From Octopus vulgaris (lineage: Eukaryota), in contig OX597822.1 of the NCBI GenBank assembly GCA_951406725.2, positions 88,164,001 through 88,228,000 on the forward strand: 64,000 nt of DNA, written 5' to 3'. This document shows positions 26,400 to 39,959 of the stretch, piece by piece. A program made the position numbers and the translations under genes. The notes beneath the pieces were generated by a model. It saw nothing but the letters and a program-made list of their open reading frames with translations. It ran no database searches and was not told the origin of the DNA. Every line of letters begins with the position of its first letter. Position 1 is the first letter of the stretch.

Positions 26400-28400
26400 C
26401 AGTGTGTCGACTAAAAATAGCATGATACCAGTTAGATTTATGGAAACACTTGTCCAAAGCAGCAAAAAAGTTTCCAGCAATCTTGGTTGAAACATGCGAA
26501 CTGAAAATCTGGTTGAACCAGAGGACATCCTGATTCCTATATCTGCTGTTAGGCTTATTTGATCAAGTGTGTTGTTCAGGATTGGAACAAGCAGTTGGAT
26601 TATTATGTCACATGTGTCTATAAGTTTTCGTGGATAGTTCATTGATATGATCAATTCTTCTTGGCCTGTATTCTTTATGAGTGAGTTCTCAAACTGTGAC
26701 GTTGTGGTGGTATACAATGTGTATCACAGTTGGAGGAATTACAAGTGTTGTGCATGCCTACTTCTTGTATATATTGAGTATTTTCACGGTACCCAGCTCT
26801 AGCTAGAGCAGCATTATAGTAAGTTGCATGTAACTTGAAAATTTTATTATTAGCGGATAATCTAGAGATTCTTGTAGAAATATTCTTAACTAGTCCCTGT
26901 ATAATCAAGAGTGGATGGTTGGATGCTACGTTAATGTACTTAGTATGTTCATTTGGCTTATGAAATGGTTCAAATAATCCAGTATCAAGACAGAAGGTAG
27001 CATCAAGAAAATTCACTCTACAGTATTCTTTACCCATAGTAATGTTCAGCCCTAAATTTTTGAAAAGTCTAAAGAAATTTTTCCTATGCTTTCTAACTGT
27101 ACTTTGCTACTTCTGTCCAGAAAAAATAAGGTGCTATCCTTGTGTAGACCCCCTGTTACTTCTGGAAAGGAAGACTGGATTAATGAAAAGATATATATTC
27201 TGACTAGGTCACTGGCCTGGCAGAATCATATGAGCCCATTGCTATATCAAATGCATTCTCCCTATCTAATCTACTCCATAATCTACCATCAAAATCTACT
27301 AGAGAGGCTCGTGCGGCATGTATATCTATTTCATGTCAGGACAAATCGAAATTTTTCATGCTAAAAATCAGGGCTTGATTAAGAACAATTGGGTTAATAG
27401 TGGCATAATAGCTCTCTATATCTAATTGCAAGAATGTTCTGTTCTTACTAATTTCTAGAAGCTTAAACTATCCAACCACATCTTGGGTACTGGACCAGGG
27501 GGCTAATTCAATTTTAGACTTAAGGACGGGTATTACCCAACAATGATTTTTACTAATAATGCCTATATCGGATTTAAAAGGACAAATCAGTCTGAGGGGT
27601 AGATAAGAAAGTTAGCTTTATGGTCCGGGGTTTTCGAGGGACGTAGGGTTCGGTTCTATCATCTATTGCTAGATCTCTGAAGATTTGTAGCCCTGTATTG
27701 TTAATTCTTTTTAATACATCGTTACTAGCGTGTCTATATTTGGTGCATAATTCCTTTCTAATCATAGACTTGTATAGCTCAATATCAACAATATAAATGT
27801 TACTTGTTTTGTCCGCTGGCACAAGTATCCCCAGAGCTTTCTTGAAGTCAACAAGTAATTTTCTGATTCTCTGTTGATGTATATTACACCGTCTGGGGTA
27901 CTTCCTGAACTTCACGTTCTTAACCATACTATATAATTCTTCAAATCTGATTTGGTGTTGGTTAGTAGGTGGGTTCTTTCTGGATTTCAATATTTTTCTT
28001 AGTAGATCACCATGTTCAGATTTGTCGTTTGGTTTAAGCTCCTTGTCGAAAAAGAAAGCTTTCCACGGCATTCTACGTAGAAATTGGTTCGTTTTCTCCA
28101 AAAGATCTTGTTTATAATCCTCCCTATTAGGTATAGGTATGTCCTTTAGCGAAACATCCAGTGTTATTTTATTCATCATCTTGGTACGCTACTGTATAGC
28201 ACCTTCCTCTAGGAAATTGGAAATTGGTTGTGGTTAATAGATTGATGAAATGAATGGCTTACACCTGGTAGCTTACTGATAAAGCACGGTCACTTCCACA
28301 GTGATCGTTATGTATATGGCAAATGGAAGACGAAAGATGGAATATACGAGAATTTATTATTAATCACGACAATCGTTTCAACACATCTAGCATCGATTCC
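26400..28400 (-). mobile_element. Decayed Penelope-like retroelement (N-terminal region and RT)
   Basis: ORF 27574-28179 has SLKDIPIP...FLRRMPWKAFFF and LVPADKTSNIY. ORF 26675-27037 has VNFLDATF...FHKPNEHTKYINVASNHP, the PLE RT thumb. Several frameshifts and stops; no GIY-YIG recognised. Confidence 0.82.
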
Positions 28401-28937
28401 TCATGTGTGGGACACTCACCAAGTGGTTCAGGAGCATACATACACGCGAGGTTTGGTGCACTCATGATTACAAAGCGAGTTTAGCTATCTACTTGTTGTT
28501 TGTTAGAATGGAGAGGTTAAAAGTAAACTTAAGTCATCCATACCTTAAAGTAAATTTAAATTATGTTAATGGTTACTCAAAATTCATTCCCACTGCATTG
28601 TGCGAAAGTACATTTATATGCGTGTAGTCATCTCGAGAGTCATTCAGAAATTCTGTTAATGATCTTCTCGTTAGTCCACAGAATAGACAGGGATTCCTCG
28701 GAGCAGAGACGGCATCTTCTGGAAATTATATACTGTATGGTTGCGTGTACCTTACTATGGACCAATTTATGTTGTACATCATCTTATTTTCTTTCAGTCG
28801 TCAATTAAAATCTGCCAAAGATGTTGAATGTCTCTTAGAATAGACGAATAAAATCACGTTAATGATTTTTATCAGGTAGTCAGCATGAAATAAAAAATTT
28901 ATAGGTAATTTATATATTAAATTAATTATATATACAT

Positions 28938-29023
28938 ATATAATTATATTAAGGGAGCAGAGCGACCTGTCTCCTTTAAGCATGTAGGAGACAGGTCGCC
29001 CTGCTCCCTTAATATAATTATAT
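28938..29023. repeat. 38-bp inverted repeat with 10-nt loop (one mismatch)
   Basis: ATATAATTATATTAAGGGAGCAGAGCGACCTGTCTCCT-ttaagcatgt-AGGAGACAGGTCGCCCTGCTCCCTTAATATAATTATAT. Confidence 0.93.
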
Positions 29024-32000
29024 TTATATATTCTATGCTCCTGAAAACCCGTAAAAATATTTCAAAGAAAACCGCAAACTGATCAGTAAAGTATACTAAA
29101 ATACAATATATCTATGAAATTACAATATATTTAAAATCACCTACATAAATATACTGAGCAAAATATACTTTGACAAAAACACGAAATCAAAACATCGCTG
29201 TTTTTTCAATTAAGAAATTCCCCCACGTGCATACAGGAAAGTAGAGAAAGTTCTTAAGATCCACCACAACGTGCAACTTTAAGAAAAACTCGAGATAAGA
29301 CAAGATAAGTTTACAAACATTTTGTATAATTAAATTAACGAAAGGTCCCGAAAAAATAAAGTTATAAGTTATCAACCCATCCTTTCACTATGTAGCGAAC
29401 CTTAGTGAGGTCATCTTTATCTGACACATGTGGTGCGAATGAGTACGAGGCAAATAACAACCATCCTTTGGCTGCTTAGGCTCAGTTGTGTCCACTGTTC
29501 TGATTGGTTGGTTTTGGTGCAGTTTTGTCTCTTGCTTTATTTTGCGCCAATGTGTAAACCAACTAATCGCAGCCTTCTGATAAGGTTCCGTGACACAGTC
29601 TTCTAGGTTCTCTTCTGGAGCATCCTAATCTCTTTAAAAGCTAGATCAACAAACCGTAATTTGTCTTTGGTTCTAGTCCTTCTTAGGACGAATTTCTGTA
29701 ACTGTACTCTCGAGTAAAGATTATTTGCCAACATAATCTTCTTCATGATTCTATAGAAGCAGAAGTTATGACTACTGAAAATTTATTACTTTTAGAAAAA
29801 TTAGAAAAACATTTTAATACTATTGAAAATTCGAAATATAAGCAAAAAATATGTTAGACTTTTTCATAAAATAAATTAAAAAATTATTTTTGTTGTTTAT
29901 TGTTTATTTGTTCAACAATAAAATATTTATAAAAAATATTTCAACTAAAATCTAAAAGATAATCACATTACACTCTAATTGATGTTATAACAGGGGCATA
30001 ATTAGCAGAGAGGAGGGGAGAAAGGGCAAGGAGAGCAATACCTTCTTTTTCCTTCCTCTCTCAAATTCCAAATTTATCCCTTTCGTCTTTTTGAAGTTTT
30101 TATATGAAAACTTTCTTTACACACCAAAAATCTGGTTTTGCCCATTCCCCACTTTCCAAATGTTAGCTATGTTAAACTGTTATAAAAAAAAATCTACTAT
30201 ATGATTAGCTTTATATCTACTGCAGAAAGCCTCCCTCAATTTACCACCCATTCCATTAAACCACAAATTTGTCATGGTCCCATTGGTGATGGTGTAACGA
30301 GGGAGACTGTATATATATACATACATACATAACCTTGCCTTGGGTCCTCATCTTCTCAGTTGTGTTGTAGGGGTTAATCATAATATACAGTAGTCTGTGC
30401 CTTTTCATGATTACAAAGGCACTTGAAACAATTAGCAAAAGCATGGTACAAGTTACCAACCCATACTCAGTTTTTGAGTGATAATTGGCTGTACAATTTA
30501 CATGAGAGTAAGAAATAAATGCTGAGTGTGTGATTTAGCTAGTTCAATTCCTTGTTGAATCCATTTGACACCAGTAATGATTTAAAAAGATGTTTCAGCT
30601 CCTAAAATCATGCAGCTTTGTTTTTTATTTACATTGCATTTGGTGAGCAATAGTGTAGATGGTTAAAGATTTCTCATAGGCCAATCACTGGTTTATTCCA
30701 TTAATGATAGCAAGCGTGACAAGGGAGTATCCATAACTTATTGCTGAAGAAATATACTGAGGGACTTTGTTTGGAAAACAGTAGCCTCTCTGCTTTCTTG
30801 CCTCTCTTATGAATTGTTGTGATATCAGCATATTGCAGTGACTAAATGTTCCTTTATCTATTAATTCTTAAATTTTGGTAGTTATTCACCTGCTTTAAAA
30901 ATGTAAATATTATGTTCCTTGTGAAATAATGAAAAATTATATTAAGCTTAGTGAGATTTTGCAACCATAACATGCAACATACAAGTATTGCTTATCATCA
31001 ATTAATCATTAACTATTTCAAAACTGCAATAATACTACCTCTCAGTATTAACACTGCCTCTGCTGTTAGTATATATTCTTTAACAAGCTCACTGGCTTAT
31101 CATGACATCAGTGCCTGTTCTGACAGTTTTTCTACATTTTGCTGACAGGGAGATGAATTGCTGTTATCTCTAGTGGTTGAGTGTCTGTCATTGACAAGAC
31201 CAAAGAAGGTTGAAATCATATGATCTGGTGGTCTTGGCATTGGAGTTTGTGGGGATTTATTTTCCTGCTAGCAATGTAAACAAGAGTGCATTTTGCACCA
31301 AAATCCAATATGAAAGTTTCTCTCATGGTATCTACTGCAGTATAGTTTATTCCAACAGAACATCCTTGTCTAAGTGGGGATAAGTAAGGACACACTGAAT
31401 TACTGGAGAAGGAATATGAACCACAAGTTCCATAATTTGTAGTCCAACACTCAGTCAACTTACTCAACTGCAATTGTCAAAAAGATGTATGCATAGCCTC
31501 ACATTATTTACTAGACTTCTCAAAGACAAATCTCTATTAAATAGAGGAAGAAAAGAAACATTTCCAAAAAATGGTATTTCCCTTTATTATTTTTTTCAAA
31601 GATAATAAAATCAGCAGAAAATTTTTTGCAAAAGTAAGGAAAAGGGCAAGAGAGAGAAAGAAAACAAACCAAAAACAAGGCAAAACACGTGAATTGTAAG
31701 TTTTAAGATAACTCATTTATTTATAGAATCCTATCACAGTCTTTGGCTTGCCAAAATTACTTCTATATACATCAATGGATTCTCTTCTAGAAGCAGTCAG
31801 AGTACAAATGGAAAATACAGCAGTAAAAAAAAAATTGATTAATTAATAAAAATCCTTTAATTAAATATAAATGGGAAATGGGAAATAGGAGGAGGGGGAG
31901 ACAATTTCAGTGTAAAGGGTGTGATTAAAAAAGAAAAGTAACAATACTGTAAGATAATTCTATCAAAATAAAGAAGAAACAGAGTTTAAGGCATGTCTTC

Positions 32001-33612
32001 AACACCATCAACAACAACAATAACACCAAAAAGAATATAAAAGTAAAATAAGAAAAGGGTACCACAGCCATGCCTGAAGCTCAATATTTAAAACATATTT
32101 TGTTGATGTAATTTCTTTTCTAAGACACCAAACTATGGATTGTCAATCATTTAACAAGCTTCATGGCTTACACACTGAACACTGATGTCTTTAATTCTTC
32201 CACTCAGTTACATTTAGTTAGAGACTCCAGTGTCACCACATAGAGTGAGAGTACAATAGTATTTGTGTAAACAAATTATTTATGCCTGCTTCAAAACTTG
32301 TGTGTGTGTGCATATGCATGTGTGTGTATGTGTGTGTGCGTGTGTGTGCATGTGTGTGTGTGTGTGTGTGTGTGCATGCGCATGTATAAATAATATGTAT
32401 CACTGCTTCATATATTAACTGTAACATTATACTGGTATGAGATTAACAAGTCTAATTTAATTGCCTTCTTCCACTTTATTCTGTCTTACCAGTTGTAGAT
32501 GAGGTCCAGCAACTGACAGTGACAAGAAAGCCAACAATAACAAGGCTTCAACTAATATTTCTGTTAAGGTTGGAAAACAAAGAAGTTCAGAAGTAAAGAA
32601 ACTATGGCCCTTCCCCAAGGGCAAAATGAGTTGGAATTTTCTCTATTTTTACAGTCCAAATTATTCTACTTGACTTTATGTATTGGATTTTTACTACATA
32701 GTTTTTGTTCCTGTTTAAGGAATTAAAGTTCGAAAGCAAAGTAAAAAAGATTTAACAAGAGATTATTCCCTAAAGGACTGTAAACATATTATCTACGGGA
32801 CTGAAGTGTGTACAGATCCCTATTTTAAACAGAGGGACAAGGATTATGTGTAGGGGATTTGGTTTAAAATTGCAACTCATTTTACTTCTAAAACAAGAAT
32901 CTTTGCTGAGAACTAGTATTGGTAAGCAGCACTGACCACAAGCCAAGCTTACAACGAAGCATGTGGGGAATTTCCCCACCATTCTAGAATCGAAAACGTT
33001 GTTTACAGGCTTGTAGCAATTGCAAAGAAATGGATACATAGCATGGAAATGGTTGGTTTCCATGGTGACAAGCGAACTCTTCACTAAAAGCTCAGTCTCT
33101 CAGAGAAGAACATGGGAGAGCAGCTTGTCTGTTAATGTCAGACTAAGTTGGTCAGACATGACTGGTTTGGGGCTGTTTGTCACTTCTGAACTCATTTGAC
33201 AAAATACACAGACTTTTGCCTAGACCATTAAATAATGAACAATACAATAACTAAAGGTGAGTAATGTGTTGGTGAGGCTGCACAGATGTTTACATGTAAA
33301 TATAACCATGTGTATACATGTGTGTGGTTAACTATGACTAAACTTACTATGTAACTTATATAGAAGGCAATATACTATCTGGTGATCATGTCTTGTTAAA
33401 GAATGCTAAGCCATTACAGAAGACAATAAACTTCATTGCCATACAATGCTAATAGCCATTGATAAAAAATGCTATACCATTATATTTATGTCAATCTTTA
33501 TAAGTAGTAGAGGGTGCAATTACTTAAACATAGTTGATTAATAACAACAATAAAGATACATATATATATATAACAGAAATTCCTTGGTGCATTATTTATT
33601 TTAAAAAATATA

Positions 33613-33720
33613 TAAGTATGACTTTTCTGATTATTTTTCTACTTTAATGATCAGATGTTTACAAAGTGTAGTAAACATCTAATCATTAAAGTAGAAAAAT
33701 TACCAGAAAAATCATTCTTA
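33613..33720. repeat. Hairpin with 30-bp core stem and 8-nt loop, downstream of the AGL stop
   Basis: 33633-33662 pairs with 33671-33700 with one mismatch, plus an imperfect outward extension. Confidence 0.88.
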
Positions 33721-35033
33721 TTCATTTTACAAATATATATATATATATATCACAGAACCAATGCACTAATCTGTAGAATTATTGTTAAGATAGTGTATTT
33801 AATGCAGGGAGCATAAAAAAAAACAACTTTATTACAAAATTACTTATGCTGTAAAGATAAGATTGACTCAATGAGTAAAATTACTTTTATAATTTCAGCA
33901 AGGGAAACAACTCCAGGCATGTTCCAGTCTAATTAGACTTCCTTAATGAAACACAAATTCACTATTGTTGCTGAAATAATGATGCAAGAACCACTAAGGA
34001 GACTGTACATGACTACGTGTTAACAGATAACAATAAAAATGGATCAATTACTGAGGTTCATTTCTATGTCTTCTAGAATTATGGTGTATATATATATATA
34101 TCACAATTGTACTGTTAAATTTCATACTTGTACTATTTCTATCATTGGTGTGATATTTGTATTCTATTTGACAACTATGCTGTAGTGCACCTGAGCACTG
34201 TATACAATATGCTTATTATTATATTATATCTAAACTAGCAATGTAAACTGAGAGAAATATTAACAGTGTCTTAACAATCACAACAGAAGTTTACATAACC
34301 TTGAGAGAGAAGAGAGAGAGCTAAAGCACTAAGCGGCTTAGAATACAATTCGTGATTTGTTATAGAAGTAAAATTAATAACTATATCTAGGTATGCCTTG
34401 GCAGATAAAACAGGTAAGTGTGCATACATATACACACATAATATATACATATACATTTACACAAACAAACACATACACACATATATAATCAAACCGGGTT
34501 AGAGTTCAAATTTGCCTTTAGGTAACTGCAAATAAAAGACTTCCTCACATCACACAGAAGAACAAGTCCTATATTTCTGTATGTGTGTGTTTTGCATTAG
34601 GAGAGGGTAAGCAACAACCCTAAATTTATGCAGTAACCAATCTACTGCTGCAAACTTAATTTTTAGCTACATTGCTAACTTATAAAGCACCCAAATTTAT
34701 TTATTTATTTATTTCAAAAATAATTTAATATGAAATATGAGTTTGAAGCAGAAGAATATTAACAAAATACTTTGCAATTAGCAATGTAATTAAATAAAGA
34801 AAATATAACATTAAACTGGTTACTACATAAATTTAAGGATGCTGTTTATCTATTCCGACAGCAACCAAGAAGAAAGATGACTTTAAGTGGCTGTATCTTA
34901 TACAAGATGGTGAAGCATGGTATAAACTCTGTTTTCTTTCACACATTATTGCAAGAAGGGGAGGAAAGGATTTGGTAAAATACCAAGTGAAAACGGGTTA
35001 TGGAATGGGTGCTGACGAGAAATGTGGGCAAAT

Positions 35034-35117
35034 TCAAACCATATATTCCATGTCATACAGAGTTTCCAGAATTGTGCTTACACTCCATGCTTGTGCCTGA
35101 CAACTGGGAGGGCAGTA
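35034..35117 (-). CDS. AGL: Glycogen debranching enzyme, terminal coding exon
   Basis: ttgtag|TAC. Encodes YCPPSCQAQAWSVSTILETLYDMEYMV then TGA, matching the conserved QAWS...ILETLYD end. Confidence 0.96.
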   Translation of the reverse strand, partial: YCPPSCQAQAWSVSTILETLYDMEYMV

Positions 35118-35812
35118 CTACAAAAAAGAAAAGAAAGTCAATGAAATATTTCAAATGCGTGTGTGTGTGATGCATAATATACACACCACATGTGTGTAGA
35201 ATCAACCTTATATTTATACACATGGTAAACTAGAGATTAGCAAATGAATGAATGAACACATTAGTTTGTGTGTGTCTGTGTGAGGGGGAAGCATCAATAA
35301 TTGAATCTGTGGAAGGCCTTTAAAAAGATGACGTTTTTAACTAGCAGGAAATATCATTAAATAAACAACGATTTTTATACTTAAATCATTAATTTTGGAT
35401 TCTAGTTAGGTCAAGAGGAAAGGATTGTGACCTTTACAGCACCTTCAGACAAGTGTGGTAGATGTGGTTGGTTCTTATTGAGCTGTCTGCAGGGGCAACA
35501 TAGGCAAGGACAGAATCCCAGAGCAATGACATCACTGGCAAGGGGTATTGAGTATTGGAGTTGGTGTGAAAGGGGTGGGGCTGAGTTGATGAGAGAGTTG
35601 GGTTGGTGGAGGTGGCATGAAACCAGCTAAGGAGCAGAAGCCATTGTACATACGTTGGAAAAGGCTGAAAGGGGACACAGCACATTTGTAGAGGTTGGAA
35701 TGTGTTGGTGAATGATGTCATGCCAATTATTCAAAGCAAATAATACAAATACACAGTGAAAAAAATAAATGGTAAAAAAGAAGAAAAGTATATGCTTAAA
35801 AAAAATACTTAC

Positions 35813-36001
35813 TGCACCGTTTTCATTTGTCAATTCCGGCAAAGATTTCCATGGAGAACTGAGCAAATGTTGGTAGTGCTTGGTAAGACAGATTTTCACT
35901 TCGTTCATTGCTTTCTTCAATGTACCAGGCTCTGTCTTATCAAGGATATTGGCGAAATACAGTTTAGCACGGAAGAAGAAGCCAACAGGCCAAACCCATT
36001 C
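35813..36001 (-). CDS. AGL: AGL exon
   Basis: Encodes EWVWPVGFFFRAKLYF...SPWKSLPELTNENGA, including the LPE glucosidase motif. ag/gt bounded, 189 nt. Confidence 0.96.
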
Positions 36002-36942
36002 CTGTGAAGAGACATAAGGAATAAATATGAATTTACATATTTTGAATTTGTACATATTCAACAAATGACTTGATCTCTCTTGATTGAGTTAAACCATGCA
36101 ACATTCATTTTAAACTATTTAACAACACACAGTCACTGTTACATTCAATGTTTGTTTATAATTACACCATGGAATAGTCATTTCAACCCTTTAGAAATCA
36201 ATCTGCCTGAGGCCACTCCTGGTTCTATTTTCCAAACCCTTGTCTTATTGTAATCTAAATTAAAACCTTTTATCAAAATTTCATGTTGATTTATGTTCTG
36301 ATACCAACTTAATAAGGAAAAAGCTATTTTATTAAAATACTAAATTCATTATTTTCATAATTAATTGAAACAAAGGCAATATATTACAATAGAAATATAG
36401 TAACAAAAGGTTAGGGAGATATCAGGGATAGAAGAGGTTTAGGGCTCAGCTGTGTCTACATAAATCAAATATCATTATTTTGTGTAAGCTTTGCTTTTGT
36501 GACTGTTAAATCTTTCTTTTACAAAACCTCTATTGTTGATGTTATCAAAAATAAAATTACACACACTTGGAGTGGTTAGCATTAGGAAGGGCATCCAGCC
36601 ATAGAAACCATTCCAAATCAGATTGGAGTCTGGTGCAACCCCTCAGCTTACTAGGGACAATGGATTTTAAATGATGATGCTGATGATACTGACAGCTGAG
36701 AAGTTGTAAGTATTGGTTTCAAATTTTGGCACAAGGCCAGTAATTTTGGGGTAGGGGGTAAGTGCTCAACTGGTATTTATTTTATCGACCCTGAAGGGAT
36801 GAAAAGCAAAGTGACCTCGGCAGAATTTGAACTCAGAACATAAGGATGGACAAAATGCCACTAGCATTTCGTCCTGCATGCTAACAATTCTGCCAACTTA
36901 CCACCTTAGAAGTTGTAAATATTAGGAATAGTTGGTACTTAC

Positions 36943-37030
36943 AGGTCCATTATGATAGTTAAAGCCCTTGGCCACTTTAGTGTCATTTGAATCATTAGTG
37001 TTGTCATATACTCCATCATAATTCCAATCA
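36943..37030 (-). CDS. AGL: AGL exon
   Basis: Encodes [29 protein letters not shown]. Phases fit the neighbouring exons. Confidence 0.95.
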
Positions 37031-37904
37031 CTTTAAAGTAAATAATGGCATTTTTTTTAGATTAAAGAATAAGAAAAAATAAGTGGTTTATTAGTTGGGA
37101 AATTACTAGAAACATGTAAATATGTAGGAGGAGACACACACACACATACACACACACACACATAGATGTCATCAGCATTGTTTAATGTTAGTTTTTCCAT
37201 GCTGGCATGAGCAGGATGTGTCTGTTCTGCTTTTTCCAGTTCTTTATCAATTTTTGGGTCAAGCAACCAAGGTAAAAACATACAAATTTGTGGTATATAT
37301 GCACATATGTGTGTGTCAGTGTGCATGCATGCATGTATATGCACCACATACATTACATCTATCATAATCTATAACAAAAACAACTTCACCAACATTTAAA
37401 AACTTGGCAAAAATAAGGATAAAGTTTGTAAACTTCATAATTCTAAAAATTACATTGGCCAAACAAAAACAATACTTTCTTGCTGGTTCAATGTATTTAC
37501 AGCATGGTGTATTACATATATACAACAGTATGTGACAACAAGAAAGAGTAACTATGTGGTAGTTCAATGTGTAGAAATAGCAGCTAAATTCCCATTGCTA
37601 GCACACCCTTGTCTGAAAACAAAGAATGACACATTTTATAACTAAAAACCTACATAGGTTTCATATGGGAGAGAAAGATGGGAGTAGATAAAAATTGAAT
37701 ACTTATAATAATAAATCTGTCTGATCAGGTGGTTGAGCACAACAACAAAGACAAAAATAACAACAACATGAAATGAAACTAAATAGGAAAACATTAGTTG
37801 ACAACATTTAGGTTTAGCTCCTCCTGTGTTACTCAACACATTCAACAACAATCTTCTTTCACTTGGATCAGTCAGTTGTTATTCATTCCAGGCAGTGATA
37901 ACTG

Positions 37905-38180
37905 TTTCTAGATCATCTTCAAATGTCTGCTTCAAGTGATCTTTGTTCTACTCCTTTTAAGCCTGCCATCAGGTGGTGCCTATGTCATGCCTGTTTTCAA
38001 GTGCATATGATCAGCTAGATAGAGAATGTGGCCAGCCAGGCAGAATCGATACTCAGCAGTGGTTCTCAGAATCTCCTTATTTGTGATACAGTCCTGCCAG
38101 TTAACCCTCAATTCTTTCTGAGGCACCTTTGATAGAATACATTTAGTTTTATATTCATCCTTACTGTCTCACTAGCATAG
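37905..38180 (-). mobile_element. Old RTE-like LINE remnant
   Basis: Degraded WQD.ITNKEIL...LAGHI motif on the - strand. Confidence 0.45.
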
Positions 38181-38197
38181 ATTCAGAACACAACTCT

Positions 38198-38450
38198 ATT
38201 GGTTCTCAACAGGGATCCATATGGTCCTGGGGGTTCCACATAAGAGTTTTTTGGCTAAACTTTTATGCACACTAAACTGGTTATACTTCTACAATACACA
38301 AAATATTCTAACAATTTTTTATTACAATTTCTAATAATATTTAATTCTAAAAATTTAACACAATTTTTTAAACATTGAATGGCTATGAAGTCTACCCAAG
38401 TAAAATAAGAATCAAAGGGGTCCATAGACAAAGGTGGTCAAGAACCCCTG
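38198..38450. mobile_element. hAT (Charlie-like) MITE remnant
   Basis: Ends TGGTTCTCAAC and GTCAAGAACCCCTG, with CTCTA(G) flanks. Confidence 0.55.
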
Positions 38451-39116
38451 CTCTAGAAGGTTAATCATGGAAGCAATAGAATTATTTTAGCTCGATTTCC
38501 AACTAAAATATGAGAGAACATTCTACTAACAAAAACCACTCTCAAAACACATTGTAAAGTGGTTGGTGAATGAGCAGAGACAACATTGAGAAAAATCTTT
38601 AGCCTTGTTGAGTACAGGACAATGTCTCTAGTGAAGGCACAATGGAAACATACACTCAGCACATTGTGTAAAATAGTTGATGACAGAAAGGGTATCTGGT
38701 CATAAAAACCAAACCAGAAAGGAAATTTACAAGTAAAATCTGAATCCCAAAACTAATTAGGAGACCTAACTGTCTCAAGTCAGCAAGGAAAGCAGATATA
38801 AAATGATGATGATATGTACACACAACATGGAACTGGCTTCTCAACAGCCTAAATTTTCCTAATTTCACTCACAAAGTATTGGGTATATATGCGCATATGT
38901 GTGTCAGAGTGCATGCATGCATGTATATGCACCGTATACATTACACCAATCATAATCTATAACAAGACTCTTGTAACGAGTTCTGGATTGAACGTAGAAT
39001 CATGTGGTTGTAAAGCAAATTTCCTAAGTGTAGAGTCAAGTTTTTATAATAAAAGTTTATACAGATTATACAGTTTAAACTAAGAAACACCAAACCTGAC
39101 AAAGAAAATAACTCAC

Positions 39117-39214
39117 TTGGTATCCAGAGTTTTCATGCCTAGTGGTCCCAGTAAGATATTTTCTGCAACTGTTAGTGCATACCATGCTTTCTCAGGTGAA
39201 AATAAATTAGGAGC
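39117..39214 (-). CDS. AGL: AGL exon
   Basis: Encodes [32 protein letters not shown]. Confidence 0.96.
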
Positions 39215-39959
39215 CTTGAAGGAAATAAGAAAAGCAAGTGAATAATTTCAACCAGATGTTGACATTAAGATTAAAAGTTTAATTTATAAAAATAAACAAT
39301 AATGCAAAATCCTTATGGTAGTTATCCCTGTTTGACTGGGGACCTACATTGTTCATCCAGTATCTTAATTTGGAAACATCAGTGACTTTATTGAGTCTAT
39401 GTAATTAAGATAGTGCCCCAATGTTGAATTTAATTCAATTGACACTGAAGTATCAGTCTAATTTGTTTTAACAGATAGCTGAAATAAAGAAAATCTGTTG
39501 TATCAATATTGAAGGGATAGGTATGAGGAGCTGTCAATTAAAGCTAATTTGGGCTGAAACATTTACTACAGATTTTTGTGTATGATATCAGCCCCTGATT
39601 GATATTTTGTAGAGTATATGGATTGTGATGAATCATATTCTGGCTTGCATGGTATTATGAAACAATTGAGAGACAATCTTTCATGAATAAGAATACATTT
39701 CTGTTACAAGTGTTTGGAAAGGTGTGAACTCAGCACTGTAAATGAATAGAATGAATCATAGAGAATTTAGTGTCACTGCTGGGATACAACACACTGCTAA
39801 TGATGGAATAAGAACCAACAACCCATAGTTTAGAAGGCTGACATCTTAACTCAGTCTGTAGCAGTCTTTGGGGAAAAAATGTGTACAATTGTTCATCAGG
39901 TATTTAATAGTAGATGAACAGATGAGAAAACATATTAAAATAATTAAACATCTACTTAC

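Noticed and set aside
25813-29453. Shared 12-mer AGTACGAGGCAA as a TSD around the Penelope region
   Set aside because: It is not adjacent to the element boundaries and could be chance.
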